A stretch of 64,000 nucleotides of DNA from an uncultured Solirubrobacterales bacterium (lineage in GTDB: Bacteria; Actinomycetota; Thermoleophilia; Solirubrobacterales; 70-9): NCBI GenBank assembly GCA_963758665.1, contig CAVWWH010000012.1, positions 14,040-78,039 of the forward strand, in the 5' to 3' direction. Each line of letters begins with the position of its first letter. Position 1 is the first letter of the stretch. Shown one piece after another: positions 1-9,035 of the stretch. Under the pieces are notes generated by a model, which saw only the letters and a program-made list of their open reading frames with translations, was not told the origin of the DNA and searched no databases. Made by a program: the position numbers and the translations under genes.

Positions 1-282
1 CAGGGGGCCGACTATCTCGCGGGCGGCCCGGGCGCCGACGACCTCGACGGCGGCATCGAGGCGATCGAGGACGAGTTCTACACGGGCGAAGACGACACTC
101 TGCTCGGGGGGCCGGGTAACGACCTACTCGATGCATGGGCCGCCGACCGCGACCAAGTGATCAACTGCGGGCCGGGCAAGCGGGACAAGGCGATCATTGA
201 CAGGGGGCTTGATCCGAAGCCGAAGGGGTGCGAGCGCGTCAAGAAGAAGCCGCCGGCCGGGGCTATCGACCGGCCAAGGTGA
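1..282 (+). CDS. C-terminal fragment of an RTX/hemolysin-type calcium-binding repeat protein (5' end outside window)
   Basis: Frame 1 is open from base 1 to TGA at 280-282 with GC-rich third positions. Translation contains GGPGADDLDGG and LLGGPGNDLLDA glycine/aspartate repeats. Confidence 0.45.
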   Translation, partial: QGADYLAGGPGADDLDGGIEAIEDEFYTGEDDTLLGGPGNDLLDAWAADRDQVINCGPGKRDKAIIDRGLDPKPKGCERVKKKPPAGAIDRPR

Positions 283-411
283 TCCAGAGATAAACCCGGG
301 CGGCTCTCTGAGTCGTTCGCTTGGACGAAAGCGGCACTTTGCGCGCGCCGATCGCTGGGCCTGTGTCCGGTTGGGCGGGTTCTAAGGAACCGGCGTCCCG
401 CTCCGTCGCCC

Positions 412-807
412 CTACGATCCGAAGCCGAACTTGTTGGATGTGCCCGGCTTGCAGACGATCTTGTCGCCGTTGGCCTTGATGATCTTCTCCTTCGCCTTGG
501 CGTGGAAGCTGGGTCCGCCCGCCTCGGCGATGAACTTGATCTTGTACCTGCCACGGGCGTTAGACGTATCGGAGCCGATCTCCTTGCTCGGGTCATACAC
601 AACAACCTTGCGCCCACCCTGACAGCCCTCCTTCGCCTTCACGCTCCCCGAGAACGAGCCGCCCTCCAAGGGGTAGCTTGGGTCGTTGGGGTGGTACTTG
701 AACGTCACCGAGGTCTTGACATTGATCGTCTCCTTCGCCACGGCGGCGACCGCCCCAAAGCCGACGACCGCCGCGATGGCCGCGACGAGGACGAATGGCT
801 TCTTCAT
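412..807 (-). CDS. secreted hypothetical protein
   Basis: ORF 412..909. The internal ATG at 807 is preceded by AAGGGGGAG and begins MKKPFVLVAAIAAVVGFGAVAAVA, a signal peptide. Third positions are GC-rich. Confidence 0.6.
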   Translation of the reverse strand: MKKPFVLVAAIAAVVGFGAVAAVAKETINVKTSVTFKYHPNDPSYPLEGGSFSGSVKAKEGCQGGRKVVVYDPSKEIGSDTSNARGRYKIKFIAEAGGPSFHAKAKEKIIKANGDKIVCKPGTSNKFGFGS

Positions 808-827
808 GACTCCCCCTTGTGAGTGGT

Positions 828-842
828 GTATGCGTGGCATAC
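828..842. promoter_or_regulatory. palindrome GTATGC-N3-GCATAC upstream of the 412..807 gene (candidate operator)
   Basis: Perfect 6-bp inverted repeat about 20-35 nt upstream of the ATG at 807, next to a TTGACT -35-like hexamer on the minus strand. Confidence 0.25.
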
Positions 843-914
843 CAGCGAATGCGCGGGAGTCAAAGCCAACGGGTCGGGCATCGCCTGGCAGCGGCCAGAC
901 ACCGGGCATCCGAC

Positions 915-1068
915 CTAGTTGTTCTTCGTCTGCTCGGCCGCCGCCGTCGCGATCGGGTCCTCGGCCAGACCCACGAGGACGTCGTGGCCGCCCGGGTCAA
1001 TGCGCCAGACGCCGATCTTCGACGCGTTCGGGACCGTGCGCGGTGAGGTCGACGTCGGCGGTCGTCAT
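915..1068 (-). CDS. small ORF translationally coupled to the zinc-ribbon gene; frame changes near GGG 1030-1032
   Basis: The ATG at 1068 overlaps the upstream TGA (ATGA). The ATG frame stops at 997, but the adjacent frame keeps strong GC3 bias down to TAG at 915-917. Dropping one C gives a 49-aa product. Confidence 0.3.
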
Positions 1069-1373
1069 GCCTTGCGTGGGCTCGGCACAAACTTGCCGTT
1101 CTTGCGCTTGCGGTTGCGCCGCTCCCAGCGCAGCGACGGCCGGTAGCTGATCCGCTCCAGGTCCGCGCAGGGCACGCAGAGGATTTGCTTCGGCGTGTGC
1201 CGGTAGACGCACTCGGCATCCTTGCGGAGCGACCCGCCGCACTTGTTGCAGCACGCGGCGCGACTGACGATGGTCAGGTAGTGGCGACCGGCGTACTTGG
1301 ATCGCTGCTCTCGTTGGCTGCTCGTCTGGGCCAGTCTGGCTCGGCGCTTCTTCTCTCTTGACTTGAAGCTCAT
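1065..1373 (-). CDS. basic zinc-ribbon protein (hypothetical)
   Basis: ORF 1065..1433. The ATG at 1373 is preceded by AGGAGAG. Translation MSFKSREKKRR... carries CCNKCG and CVPC cysteine pairs. Confidence 0.55.
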   Translation of the reverse strand: MSFKSREKKRRARLAQTSSQREQRSKYAGRHYLTIVSRAACCNKCGGSLRKDAECVYRHTPKQILCVPCADLERISYRPSLRWERRNRKRKNGKFVPSPRKA

Positions 1374-1666
1374 CGGGTCTCTCCTGCGGCAGGACGGAGC
1401 CGCCCTTACCGGGTGTTCGCTTACGCTCGACAACTGCCGCTGAGGGATGGACTAGGTCCCTCGCTCTCCGCTCCCCAACGGCGGGCCGGGTATCGCGCCT
1501 TGCTCTCCGAGCTGGCCGACCGAATCCGGATCTTCACCGCGGCAGCCTCATCAGTGATCCGCCTTGATCGTGCGCGCCTTGCCGGCCCAGTGGCAACCTG
1601 CGGGGCTTGTGCGGCTGCTGAACCCCGGCCGCTACCGGGCGTGCGCCGGCTAGGCGATCGCACCTT

Positions 1667-1710
1667 CCGTGTGGCAGCGGTCAGCGAGCCGTGTGGCAGC
1701 CGTGTGGCGC
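1667..1710 (+). repeat. three direct repeats CCGTGTGGC(A)GC spaced 22 and 11 bp apart
   Basis: Copies start at 1667, 1689 and 1700 inside a roughly 470-nt region with weak codon bias between the zinc-ribbon gene and tRNA-Pro. Confidence 0.5.
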
Positions 1711-1841
1711 GTTCGGCCTCTGTGCCGCAGCTCAGGCACGGCCCGCGTTCACCCCCCTGCATCCCCGTTGCATGGCACCGGGCGGGGGCTCTGCAGGGAG
1801 GATGTGCACCATTCACCCCGCTTCGCCCCCGCCGGTACCAA

Positions 1842-1915
1842 TCGGGGCGCCCGGATTTGAACCGGGGACCTCACCGACCCGAACGGTGCGCGCTACCAGG
1901 CTGCGCCACGCCCCG
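1842..1915 (-). tRNA. tRNA-Pro (anticodon CGG)
   Basis: The 74-nt reverse complement folds by hand as a cloverleaf: acceptor CGGGGCG/CGCCCCG, D stem GCGC/GCGC, anticodon stem CACCG/CGGTG with loop TTCGGGT, T stem CCCGG/CCGGG with loop TTCAAAT. No encoded CCA. Confidence 0.9.
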
Positions 1916-1944
1916 AGGGCCCCAGTATTGCGAAACTGCGGCGG

Positions 1945-2703
1945 GTGCAGGGCGAGCCGTCGAGCCCCGGTCCCTCGCCCGCGTCCGACGACGAGGGGTT
2001 GCCGCCGGCCGCGATCGTCGGCGTAGTCGGCGGGATCGCGCTGCTCGGGATTCTGGTGCTCGCGATCGAGCCGCTGCGCTCGGGCATCGGCGACGCGATC
2101 AGGGGCGACACCGCCGGCCTGCGGGAGGACCTGCGCGGGCTCGGCTTCGGCGGGGTGATGATCACCTTCTGCCTCGCGCTGGCCCACGTGGTCGTCTGGT
2201 ACCCGGCCGAGATCCTCGACCTCGCGGCGGGCTACGTGTACGGGTTCTGGGGCGGTCTGGCGTTGGTGATGGCGGGGTGGCTCGCCAACGGGCTGGTTGC
2301 CTACTGGGTGGGCCGCCACGCAGCGCGGCCGCTGCTCTACCGGTTCGTCGGCCGCAGCCGCTTCGACCGACTCGAGCGGGCGGCCGAGGCGGGCGGCGTC
2401 ACACTCCTGCTCGGGATGCGCCTGGTCCCGGTGATCCCGTTCAGCCTGTTCTCGATGGTCGCCGGAGCGGCGCACGCCCCCGTGCCGACGTTCATCTGGA
2501 CGACGGCCGTCGGCTACCTGCCGCTGACCGCCGTTTTCGTCTACCTCGGCAGCCAGCTCGAAGAGCTGTCCCCCACCGACCCGATCCTCTGGCTCGGAGC
2601 CGCCGTCCTGATCGCGCTCCTGCTGGTCACGCGGACCGTCCATCGGCGCCTGCGTGATCAGTCCGAGCGCTCCGAGCCGCCTCAGCGCGAGCCCGACAGC
2701 TGA
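1945..2703 (+). CDS. DedA/SNARE-associated (TVP38/TMEM64-like) membrane protein
   Basis: The 252-aa ORF has several hydrophobic spans and the typical YWVGRHAARPLL ... LLLGMRLVPVIPFSL pattern. Confidence 0.75.
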   Translation: MQGEPSSPGPSPASDDEGLPPAAIVGVVGGIALLGILVLAIEPLRSGIGDAIRGDTAGLREDLRGLGFGGVMITFCLALAHVVVWYPAEILDLAAGYVYGFWGGLALVMAGWLANGLVAYWVGRHAARPLLYRFVGRSRFDRLERAAEAGGVTLLLGMRLVPVIPFSLFSMVAGAAHAPVPTFIWTTAVGYLPLTAVFVYLGSQLEELSPTDPILWLGAAVLIALLLVTRTVHRRLRDQSERSEPPQREPDS

Positions 2704-3347
2704 GCGATCGCGGCCTCGATCTGCTCCACGCTCGGGGTCTCGATCAGCGTCCGCTCCCCCTCCGGACCCGAGACGATCACCGCGGGCTCGGCCGGCAGCT
2801 CGAGCTCCGCGGCCACCATCGCGTCGGCGCGGACGAGCTCCTCGGTCTCGGCTGCGCGGAAGTCCTCGGCCCATTGGTCGGGATCGAGCTCGGGCACGGC
2901 ATCGGCAACCTGGCGCAGGAACTCCTCGTCGATCGTCTGAGTCCCGTCGGGCTCGACGTTGCGGACGAAGGTGTCGAGGTACTGCCACTGGCGCTCCTGG
3001 ATCCCGGCGGCCTCGGCCGCGATCGCCGCCAGTGTGGTGTCGTTGGGCGCCAGCGAGAAGTGTCGGAACTCCATACGGGCGTCGCCGGGGCGGACGTAGC
3101 GCTCGACCAGCGGGTCGACTGTCTCGAGCTCGAACGTCGCGCAGGGCTCGCACTGGAGGTCGTTGAAGACGGTGATCGTGATCTCGGCGTCCTCGGGCCC
3201 GAGAAAGGCGCCGTCCTGGACGATCCCGCCGAAGATCCGCTGAACGTCGTTCACCCCGCCGATCTCCTGCGATTGCGGGCCACCGGAGCCGACCGAGATC
3301 GAGTAGACCGCGCCGATCACCCCGACCAGCCCGAGGCCGAGGAGCAC
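2682..3347 (-). CDS. DsbA-like thioredoxin-fold thiol:disulfide oxidoreductase, membrane anchored
   Basis: GTG start, N-terminal hydrophobic anchor and a CEPC (CxxC) active-site motif in VFNDLQCEPCATFE. Confidence 0.7.
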   Translation of the reverse strand: MLLGLGLVGVIGAVYSISVGSGGPQSQEIGGVNDVQRIFGGIVQDGAFLGPEDAEITITVFNDLQCEPCATFELETVDPLVERYVRPGDARMEFRHFSLAPNDTTLAAIAAEAAGIQERQWQYLDTFVRNVEPDGTQTIDEEFLRQVADAVPELDPDQWAEDFRAAETEELVRADAMVAAELELPAEPAVIVSGPEGERTLIETPSVEQIEAAIAQLSGSR

Positions 3348-3364
3348 CCGCGGGATCCAGGGGC

Positions 3365-3619
3365 TCAGCCCGCGACCGCCTTGTAGTAACGCACCGCGAG
3401 CCCGGTGAGCAGGGTCTCGAAGGTCTGCTCGAGCCCGCCCTCGCCGTCACCGGCATAGGCCTCGAGCCCACGGCGCTCGATCTGCTCACTGAGCGTGATC
3501 ACCTGCTCGACGAGCTCCGGGTGCTCGTCGCAGAAATAGGCGCCGATCGAGTACAGCTCGGTGTCCATCAGCGAGTCGATGAACTCGCTGCGCCCACTTC
3601 TCGCCCGCTCGTCCGCCAT
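3365..3619 (-). CDS. hypothetical protein (84 aa)
   Basis: ORF 3365..3730. The internal ATG at 3619 (MADERARSGRSEFIDS...) marks where GC3 bias begins. The gene lies just upstream of the DsbA-like gene on the same strand. Confidence 0.45.
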   Translation of the reverse strand: MADERARSGRSEFIDSLMDTELYSIGAYFCDEHPELVEQVITLSEQIERRGLEAYAGDGEGGLEQTFETLLTGLAVRYYKAVAG

Positions 3620-3701
3620 CCGCCGACATCGTAGAGTCCGGGACGCGCGGGCGAGAACCGCGAAGCCGCCTGCGGACGGCCGGAGTTTGCGCTGATTTCG
3701 G

Positions 3702-3730
3702 TTGACTACGTCCGCTTGCAGCGATAACAA
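3702..3730 (+). promoter_or_regulatory. sigma-70-like promoter candidate (TTGACT-17 nt-TAACAA)
   Basis: Hexamers at 3702-3707 and 3725-3730 lie in the locally AT-richer divergent spacer upstream of the HTH gene. Confidence 0.3.
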
Positions 3731-3765
3731 TTGCGGTGCTGACCACAGCGGAGAGGAGCGACTAC

Positions 3766-3948
3766 GTGCCCAACCACCTGACGCCGACCGAGCTTGCGGA
3801 TGAGTTGAACATGAAGCGACGGGAGGTGATCTCCAAGTGCATGGAGATGAACGTCCCGATTTTCCACGGCCGCATCGACAAGACCCTCTTCGTCTCCACC
3901 CTGCGCCAGGTCGGCCAGGCGCCCGGGACCCCCCAGGCGGCCTCCTAG
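3766..3948 (+). CDS. small helix-turn-helix DNA-binding protein (excisionase/MerR-like HTH)
   Basis: The GTG at 3766 is preceded by GGAGAGGAG. The product MPNHLTPTELADELNMKRREVISKCMEMNVPIFHGRIDKTLF fits the HTH_17-type pattern. Confidence 0.5.
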   Translation: MPNHLTPTELADELNMKRREVISKCMEMNVPIFHGRIDKTLFVSTLRQVGQAPGTPQAAS

Positions 3949-4043
3949 CCTCCGCTCGCCCCTCGGGGCACTCAGGTAGCTTTCCCGGCGGGCGGGCACC
4001 CGCCCTCAGTCATTTCGACTACCTACGAGGGAGAGGTACTGCA

Positions 4044-5858
4044 TTGGAATCGGCCACGGTCGAACGCTCCGCGACCGAGGCGGCGACCGGCGCCAAGACG
4101 CTCGCCGACCTGTTCCCCGCCGCGGCGCGCAAGCACGGATCACAGCGCGCGGTGGTCTACAAGGACGACTCCGGCGAGTGGGTGTCGAAGACCTACACCG
4201 AGGTCGGTGAGATCGTCCGCAAGCTGTCCCTCGGCCTGATCGACCTGGGAATCGAGAAGGGCGACAAGGTCGCGATCCTCTCCAACACGCGGCCGGAGTG
4301 GACCTACTTCGACTTCGCGGCGCTCTCGGCCGGCGCCACCGTCGTCCCGATCTACCAGACCAACTCGCCGGAGGAGTGCCGGTACGTGCTCGAGAACTCC
4401 GACGCGGTCGCCGTGATCGTCGAGGACGACGAGCAGCTGGACAAGATCCGCAGCGTTCGCGCCAACTGCCCGATGCTCGAGCACGTGATCCGCATGACAG
4501 GCACGTCCGGCGACGCGCTCTCGCTCGCCGAGCTCTCCGAGCGCGGCGCCGACGGCGCCGAGGCCGACTGGGAACAGCGCTACGGCTCGGTCACCGCCGA
4601 CGACATCTGCACGATCATCTACACCTCGGGCACCACCGGGCCGCCGAAGGGTTGCGTGATCTCGCACGGCAACTACCGCTCGATGCTCGACATGGTGCAC
4701 TCGGTCAACGTGCTCGGCGACGACGAGGTCACCTACCTCTTCCTCCCCCTCGCCCACTCGTTCGCGCTCCTGATCCAGTTCGGGACCTTCGACCTCGGCG
4801 CCACGCTCGCGTACTGGGAGCGCGACCCGCTGAAGATCCTCCCCAACCTGTCCGAGGTGCAGCCGACCTACTTCCCGTCGGTGCCCCGGATCTTCGAGAA
4901 GATCTACACCGCCGCGACCGCGGCCGTGGAGAAGGAGGGCGGACTGAAGAAGTCCGTGTTCGACTGGGCCGTCGGGGTCGGCAAGAAGGTCCGTCGGCTC
5001 GAGCGCGAGGGCAAGCGGCCCGGGCCCCTGCTGGCCCTGCAGCACTGGATCGCCGACCGGCAGGTGTTGTCGAAGATCCGGGCCCTGTTCGGCGGCAAGC
5101 TGAAGCTGGCGGTCACCGGGGCGGCTCCGATCAACCCCGAGATCCTCGAGTTCTTCGACGCCGCCGGCGTGCTGATCCTCGAGGGCTGGGGAATGACCGA
5201 GACCTCGACCGCGGCGACGATCGCGACGCCCGAGGACTTCAAGTTCGGGACCATCGGCAAGCCGTTCCCCGGTACCGAGGTGAAGATCGCTCCCGACGGC
5301 GAGATCCTCGCCAAGGGGCCGAACATCTTCCAGGGCTACTACAAGAACCCGGAGGCGACCGCGGAGACGCTGGTCGACGGCTGGCTGCACACCGGCGACC
5401 TGGGCGAGTTCGACGACGGGGGCTACCTGAAGATCACCGGCCGCAAGAAGGACATCATCATCACGGCCGGGGGCAAGAACATCACCCCGGCCAACCTCGA
5501 GGGCGAGATCAAGCAGCACCCGCTGGTCTCCCAGTGCGTGGTGATCGGCGATCGCCGCCCCTTCCTGGTCGCTGTCGTCACCCTCGACCCCGAGGAGGCG
5601 GCAGCCTACGCGCGCGACCGCGGCCTCTCCGGCGACCCGGCGGCGATCGCCGCCCACCCGAGCGTCCGCGAGTCGATCGAGGCCCACGTCGAGAAGATCA
5701 ACCAGAAGTTCGCCAGGGTCGAGCAGGTGAAGAAGATCGCGATCCTGCCGGCCGACTTCTCGCAGGAGGGCGGCGAGCTGACCCCGTCGATGAAGGTGAA
5801 GCGAAACATCGTCGCCGACAAGTACGCGGACGAGATCGAGGCCCTGTACGAGGCCTGA
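4044..5858 (+). CDS. long-chain fatty-acid--CoA ligase (AMP-dependent synthetase)
   Basis: The TTG at 4044 follows GAGGGAGAGG. AMP-binding motifs are IIYTSGTTGPPKG, GWGMTET, GWLHTGDLG and TPSMKVKR. Confidence 0.85.
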   Translation: MESATVERSATEAATGAKTLADLFPAAARKHGSQRAVVYKDDSGEWVSKTYTEVGEIVRKLSLGLIDLGIEKGDKVAILSNTRPEWTYFDFAALSAGATVVPIYQTNSPEECRYVLENSDAVAVIVEDDEQLDKIRSVRANCPMLEHVIRMTGTSGDALSLAELSERGADGAEADWEQRYGSVTADDICTIIYTSGTTGPPKGCVISHGNYRSMLDMVHSVNVLGDDEVTYLFLPLAHSFALLIQFGTFDLGATLAYWERDPLKILPNLSEVQPTYFPSVPRIFEKIYTAATAAVEKEGGLKKSVFDWAVGVGKKVRRLEREGKRPGPLLALQHWIADRQVLSKIRALFGGKLKLAVTGAAPINPEILEFFDAAGVLILEGWGMTETSTAATIATPEDFKFGTIGKPFPGTEVKIAPDGEILAKGPNIFQGYYKNPEATAETLVDGWLHTGDLGEFDDGGYLKITGRKKDIIITAGGKNITPANLEGEIKQHPLVSQCVVIGDRRPFLVAVVTLDPEEAAAYARDRGLSGDPAAIAAHPSVRESIEAHVEKINQKFARVEQVKKIAILPADFSQEGGELTPSMKVKRNIVADKYADEIEALYEA

Positions 5859-5879
5859 GCGCGGGGCGCCGCGACTTTG

Positions 5880-5898
5880 CCCGGCCCTCCGGGTTTTT
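5880..5898 (+). terminator. weak intrinsic terminator candidate after the acyl-CoA ligase gene
   Basis: CCCGG-CCCT-CCGGG hairpin followed by TTTTT, only 8 nt before the sulfatase ATG. Confidence 0.25.
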
Positions 5899-5905
5899 GA
5901 GGGCG

Positions 5906-7675
5906 ATGGGAGCGTTGCGTTACGCGGGGGCGGGAGCGCTGGCGGTGGCCGCGGTGGTCGCGATCGCGGGCGGCGGCGCACCGGCGACCGCCCAGGGCGG
6001 CGGCGATCCCGAGCGGCCGAACGTGGTCGTCGTGATGACCGACGACCAGACCCAGGCTTCGCTCGAGAAGCTGCCGGCGATCCAGTCCGAGCTCGCCGCC
6101 CGCGGCGCAAGCTTCGCCAACAGCTTCACCAACTGGCCGCTCTGCTGCCCCTCGCGGGCAACCTTCTACAGCGGCCAGTACGCCCACAACCACGGCGTCC
6201 TCGGCAACCAGCCTCCGGATGGCGGCTTCGCCCGCTTTGACGACTCCAACGCGCTGCCGCTGTGGCTGCAGGCGGCGGGCTACCGCACCATCCACATCGG
6301 CAAGTACCTGAACGGCTACGGGCAGAACGGCAGCGACCCCTCCTACGTGCCCCCCGGGTGGGACGAGTGGAACGCCGCCACCGCGGGCACCACCCAGTCC
6401 GTCTACGACTACACCCTGAACCGCAACGGCTCTCTGGTCGGCTACGGATCGGCTCCGTCGGACTTCAAGCAGGACGTGTTCAGCGACCTCGCGGTCGAAG
6501 CGATCAACCGCAACGCTCCCGGCGGCCCGTTCTTCCTCGGGGTCATGTACACGGCGCCCCACTCCGGCGGCCCGAACCCGAACCCGCACCCCCCGGCTGA
6601 CTGCGGCGCGTCGGCGAAGCCGGCGCCGCGCCACGCGGGGGCCTTCGACTCCGAGCCGCTGCCGCGGCCGCCGAGCTTCAACGAGGCCGACGTCTCCGAC
6701 AAGCCGGCGGCCGTGCGCGACCAGCCCTCGGTCACGGCCGCGGACGCGGCGACGATTCAGCGCAAGTATCGCTGCAGGCTCGAGTCCCTCCTCTCGGTCG
6801 ACGATGGCGTCGGCCGGATGCTCGATGCGCTGTCCGCCGCCGGCGAGCTCGACCAGACGGTGGTCGTGTTCACCTCCGACAACGGATTCTTCCACGGCGA
6901 GCACCGGGTCCAGACCGGCAAGAACCGGGTCTACGAGGAGGCGGTGAGGGTGCCGCTGGTGATCCGCGGCCCCGGCGTGCCCGAGGGGGTCACGGTCGAA
7001 GACCTCGCTGTCAACGCAGATCTCGCCCCGACCGTCCTCGACGCTGCCGGAGCGAGCGCGGGGGTGACCGAGGACGGCCGCTCGCTCCTGCCGTTCGCGG
7101 CCCACCCGGACCGCCTCCACGGGCGCGAGCTGCTGTTCGAGAAGGGCAACGTGCTCGACGGCGACGACGATCCGACCCCGCAGAGCGGCACCTTCGCCGC
7201 CGTGCGCACGAGCCGTTACGTCTACGTCGAGAACCTGACCGGTGAGCTCGAGCTGTACGACCTCGACCTCGACCCGTTCCAGCTCCAGAACCAGGTGGCC
7301 AACCCGGCCTACGACGCGGCCGAGGCGGCCCTCGCCGCCCGGCTGGCGGCGCTACGGTCCTGCGCCGGCAAGGGCTGTCGCGGCAAGCCGGACCTGAAGC
7401 TGAAGCTGCCGCGCGCGGTTCGCGAGCGTGGCCGCTCCTGCCGCCGGGCGGCCGGGTTCGTCGTCCGGGTGCGCGGAGCGGACGCGGACGAGCTCGTCCT
7501 GGCGAGCTTCGCGGTCGGCTCGGCGAAGGCCGTGACCGATCGCGCCGGCCCGTTCAAGAAGCGGCTGCGGCCGCGCAAGCTGCGGGCCGAGCGCAGGCCC
7601 GAGATCCGCGCGGTGGTGGAGCTCGTAGACGGCCGCCGGCTCGGCCTGCGAAAGCGGGTCCGGATCTGCCGCTAG
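5906..7675 (+). CDS. secreted sulfatase (formylglycine-dependent, N-acetylglucosamine-6-sulfatase-like)
   Basis: The ATG at 5906 follows GAGGG. The product has a signal peptide, VVVVMTDDQ, and the CCPSR formylglycine motif in WPLCCPSRATFYSGQY. Confidence 0.85.
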   Translation: MGALRYAGAGALAVAAVVAIAGGGAPATAQGGGDPERPNVVVVMTDDQTQASLEKLPAIQSELAARGASFANSFTNWPLCCPSRATFYSGQYAHNHGVLGNQPPDGGFARFDDSNALPLWLQAAGYRTIHIGKYLNGYGQNGSDPSYVPPGWDEWNAATAGTTQSVYDYTLNRNGSLVGYGSAPSDFKQDVFSDLAVEAINRNAPGGPFFLGVMYTAPHSGGPNPNPHPPADCGASAKPAPRHAGAFDSEPLPRPPSFNEADVSDKPAAVRDQPSVTAADAATIQRKYRCRLESLLSVDDGVGRMLDALSAAGELDQTVVVFTSDNGFFHGEHRVQTGKNRVYEEAVRVPLVIRGPGVPEGVTVEDLAVNADLAPTVLDAAGASAGVTEDGRSLLPFAAHPDRLHGRELLFEKGNVLDGDDDPTPQSGTFAAVRTSRYVYVENLTGELELYDLDLDPFQLQNQVANPAYDAAEAALAARLAALRSCAGKGCRGKPDLKLKLPRAVRERGRSCRRAAGFVVRVRGADADELVLASFAVGSAKAVTDRAGPFKKRLRPRKLRAERRPEIRAVVELVDGRRLGLRKRVRICR

Positions 7676-8970
7676 CCGTCGGCGGACTCCTCGGCGACCT
7701 CGGGCTCGGCGTCCGAGGAGGGCGAGTTGCGCAGCAGCGCGGCGTTGGTGAGCTCGAGCACCCGCCTCCAGGCGGAGAGCTTCTCGCGCTCGCGGTCGAC
7801 CTGGTCGAGGACGTGTCTGACCCGGCGGGCCGAGATCTCGATCCCGTGGCGCTCGGCGATCGCCTTGTAGCGGTCGTAGTCGCGGGCCAGCTTGAGGGTC
7901 ACCGACTCGAACCCGTGCTTGGCGATCTGCAGGCGGGCGCGGTAATCGAGGATCGAGGTCCCGAACATCAGCTCGTCGTCGAGCTCGGGCTCGATCAGGA
8001 TGATGTCGACGCCCGGATAGCGATCCCCCCAGATCTCGACCGCGCGGTGCAGCCGGTCGTGCGAGAGCAGGCGGAAGGTCTGGTTGGCGATTGCGCCGAT
8101 GCCCATGTCCGAGACCCGCCGGGCACGCGAGCCCGTGATCGTGGGGATGTTCTTCTGGAAGTCGTTGACGTAGGGGACGAGCGGGTTGATGACGATGATG
8201 AACTTCGCCCCGCGCTCGACCGCGACATCCACGTTGGTGGTCGAGAGGATGCCGCCGTCGATGAACTCGCGACCGGCGATCTCGACCGGCTCGTAGATCC
8301 CGGGCAGGGCGCCGGAGGCCGCGACCGCCTTCGAGATCGGAACCTCGGCCCACTCCCCCTCGCCGAGGATCACGCGCTCGGTCGTGTCGAGGTCGGTCGC
8401 GGTCAGGTAGAGCTCGCGGCTGAGGAGCCGGAAATCGTTGGTGCGGTCCGGGTCCGAGAGCACCTCCTCGACGTAGCGCTCGATCCCGCGCCCCGAGTAG
8501 ATGCCCTTCGGCAAGGCCGCCGCGAGACCGGTCGCGAGATCAACCGCGGAGACCTCTCCGAGCTGGCTCGCAAGCTCGCGCAGGACGGCCACGAGCTTGA
8601 ACGGGAAGGTCAGCGAGCCCTTCAGGTAGCCGGCGTAGTTGGGCTTCAGCAGCGTGCCGAGGTCGATGTCGCGGATCGGCGAAGGCAGGTCGCTGTTGAG
8701 CACCCGCATCATCTCCTCGGGCGTGACCCCGTTGGCGACCAGGCTGGAGACGAAGGCGCCGGCGCTGGTGCCGACGTAGATGTCGAACTCGTTCACGGTC
8801 GAATTGGTCGCCAGCAGGTCGATCGCCCGGAGCGCTCCGATCTCGTAGACGCCGCCCGTGAACCCGCCGCCGCCGAGCACCAGGGCGGTCTTCGAGGGCG
8901 CCTGGCGGCCGCGCCCGCGCCGCGCCCCCTTCGGCTCCGCCGGAGCCTCGAAATCGACGACCTTCCCCAT
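7672..8970 (-). CDS. patatin-like phospholipase
   Basis: Motifs are GGGGFTGGVYEIG (oxyanion), GTSAG (GxSxG) and DGG. The ATG at 8970 is preferred because codons 8971-9003 are AT-rich and atypical. The 3' end overlaps the sulfatase by CTAG. Confidence 0.8.
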   Translation of the reverse strand: MGKVVDFEAPAEPKGARRGRGRQAPSKTALVLGGGGFTGGVYEIGALRAIDLLATNSTVNEFDIYVGTSAGAFVSSLVANGVTPEEMMRVLNSDLPSPIRDIDLGTLLKPNYAGYLKGSLTFPFKLVAVLRELASQLGEVSAVDLATGLAAALPKGIYSGRGIERYVEEVLSDPDRTNDFRLLSRELYLTATDLDTTERVILGEGEWAEVPISKAVAASGALPGIYEPVEIAGREFIDGGILSTTNVDVAVERGAKFIIVINPLVPYVNDFQKNIPTITGSRARRVSDMGIGAIANQTFRLLSHDRLHRAVEIWGDRYPGVDIILIEPELDDELMFGTSILDYRARLQIAKHGFESVTLKLARDYDRYKAIAERHGIEISARRVRHVLDQVDREREKLSAWRRVLELTNAALLRNSPSSDAEPEVAEESADG

Positions 8971-8980
8971 AGGTATGGGG
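8965..8980. promoter_or_regulatory. palindrome CCCCATA-GG-TATGGGG spanning the patatin start codon
   Basis: Perfect 7-bp inverted repeat that includes the ATG at 8970, inside an AT-rich divergent spacer shared with the PBP4 gene. Confidence 0.3.
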
Positions 8981-9035
8981 ATTATTCCAATTGCGGCGGG
9001 CATTTCGCCGCCCCCACGCCTAGCCTGCGCGAATC

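Noticed and set aside
1065-1067. Selenocysteine or stop-codon read-through at the zinc-ribbon TGA
   Set aside because: I could not see a SECIS-like hairpin immediately downstream. The ATGA-coupled ORF with a one-base indel explains the coding signal equally well.
1842-3948. An integrated element at tRNA-Pro, suggested by the excisionase-like HTH gene 1.9 kb away
   Set aside because: There is no integrase, no repeat of the tRNA 3' end and no compositional break. The intervening genes (DedA, DsbA-like) look like housekeeping genes.
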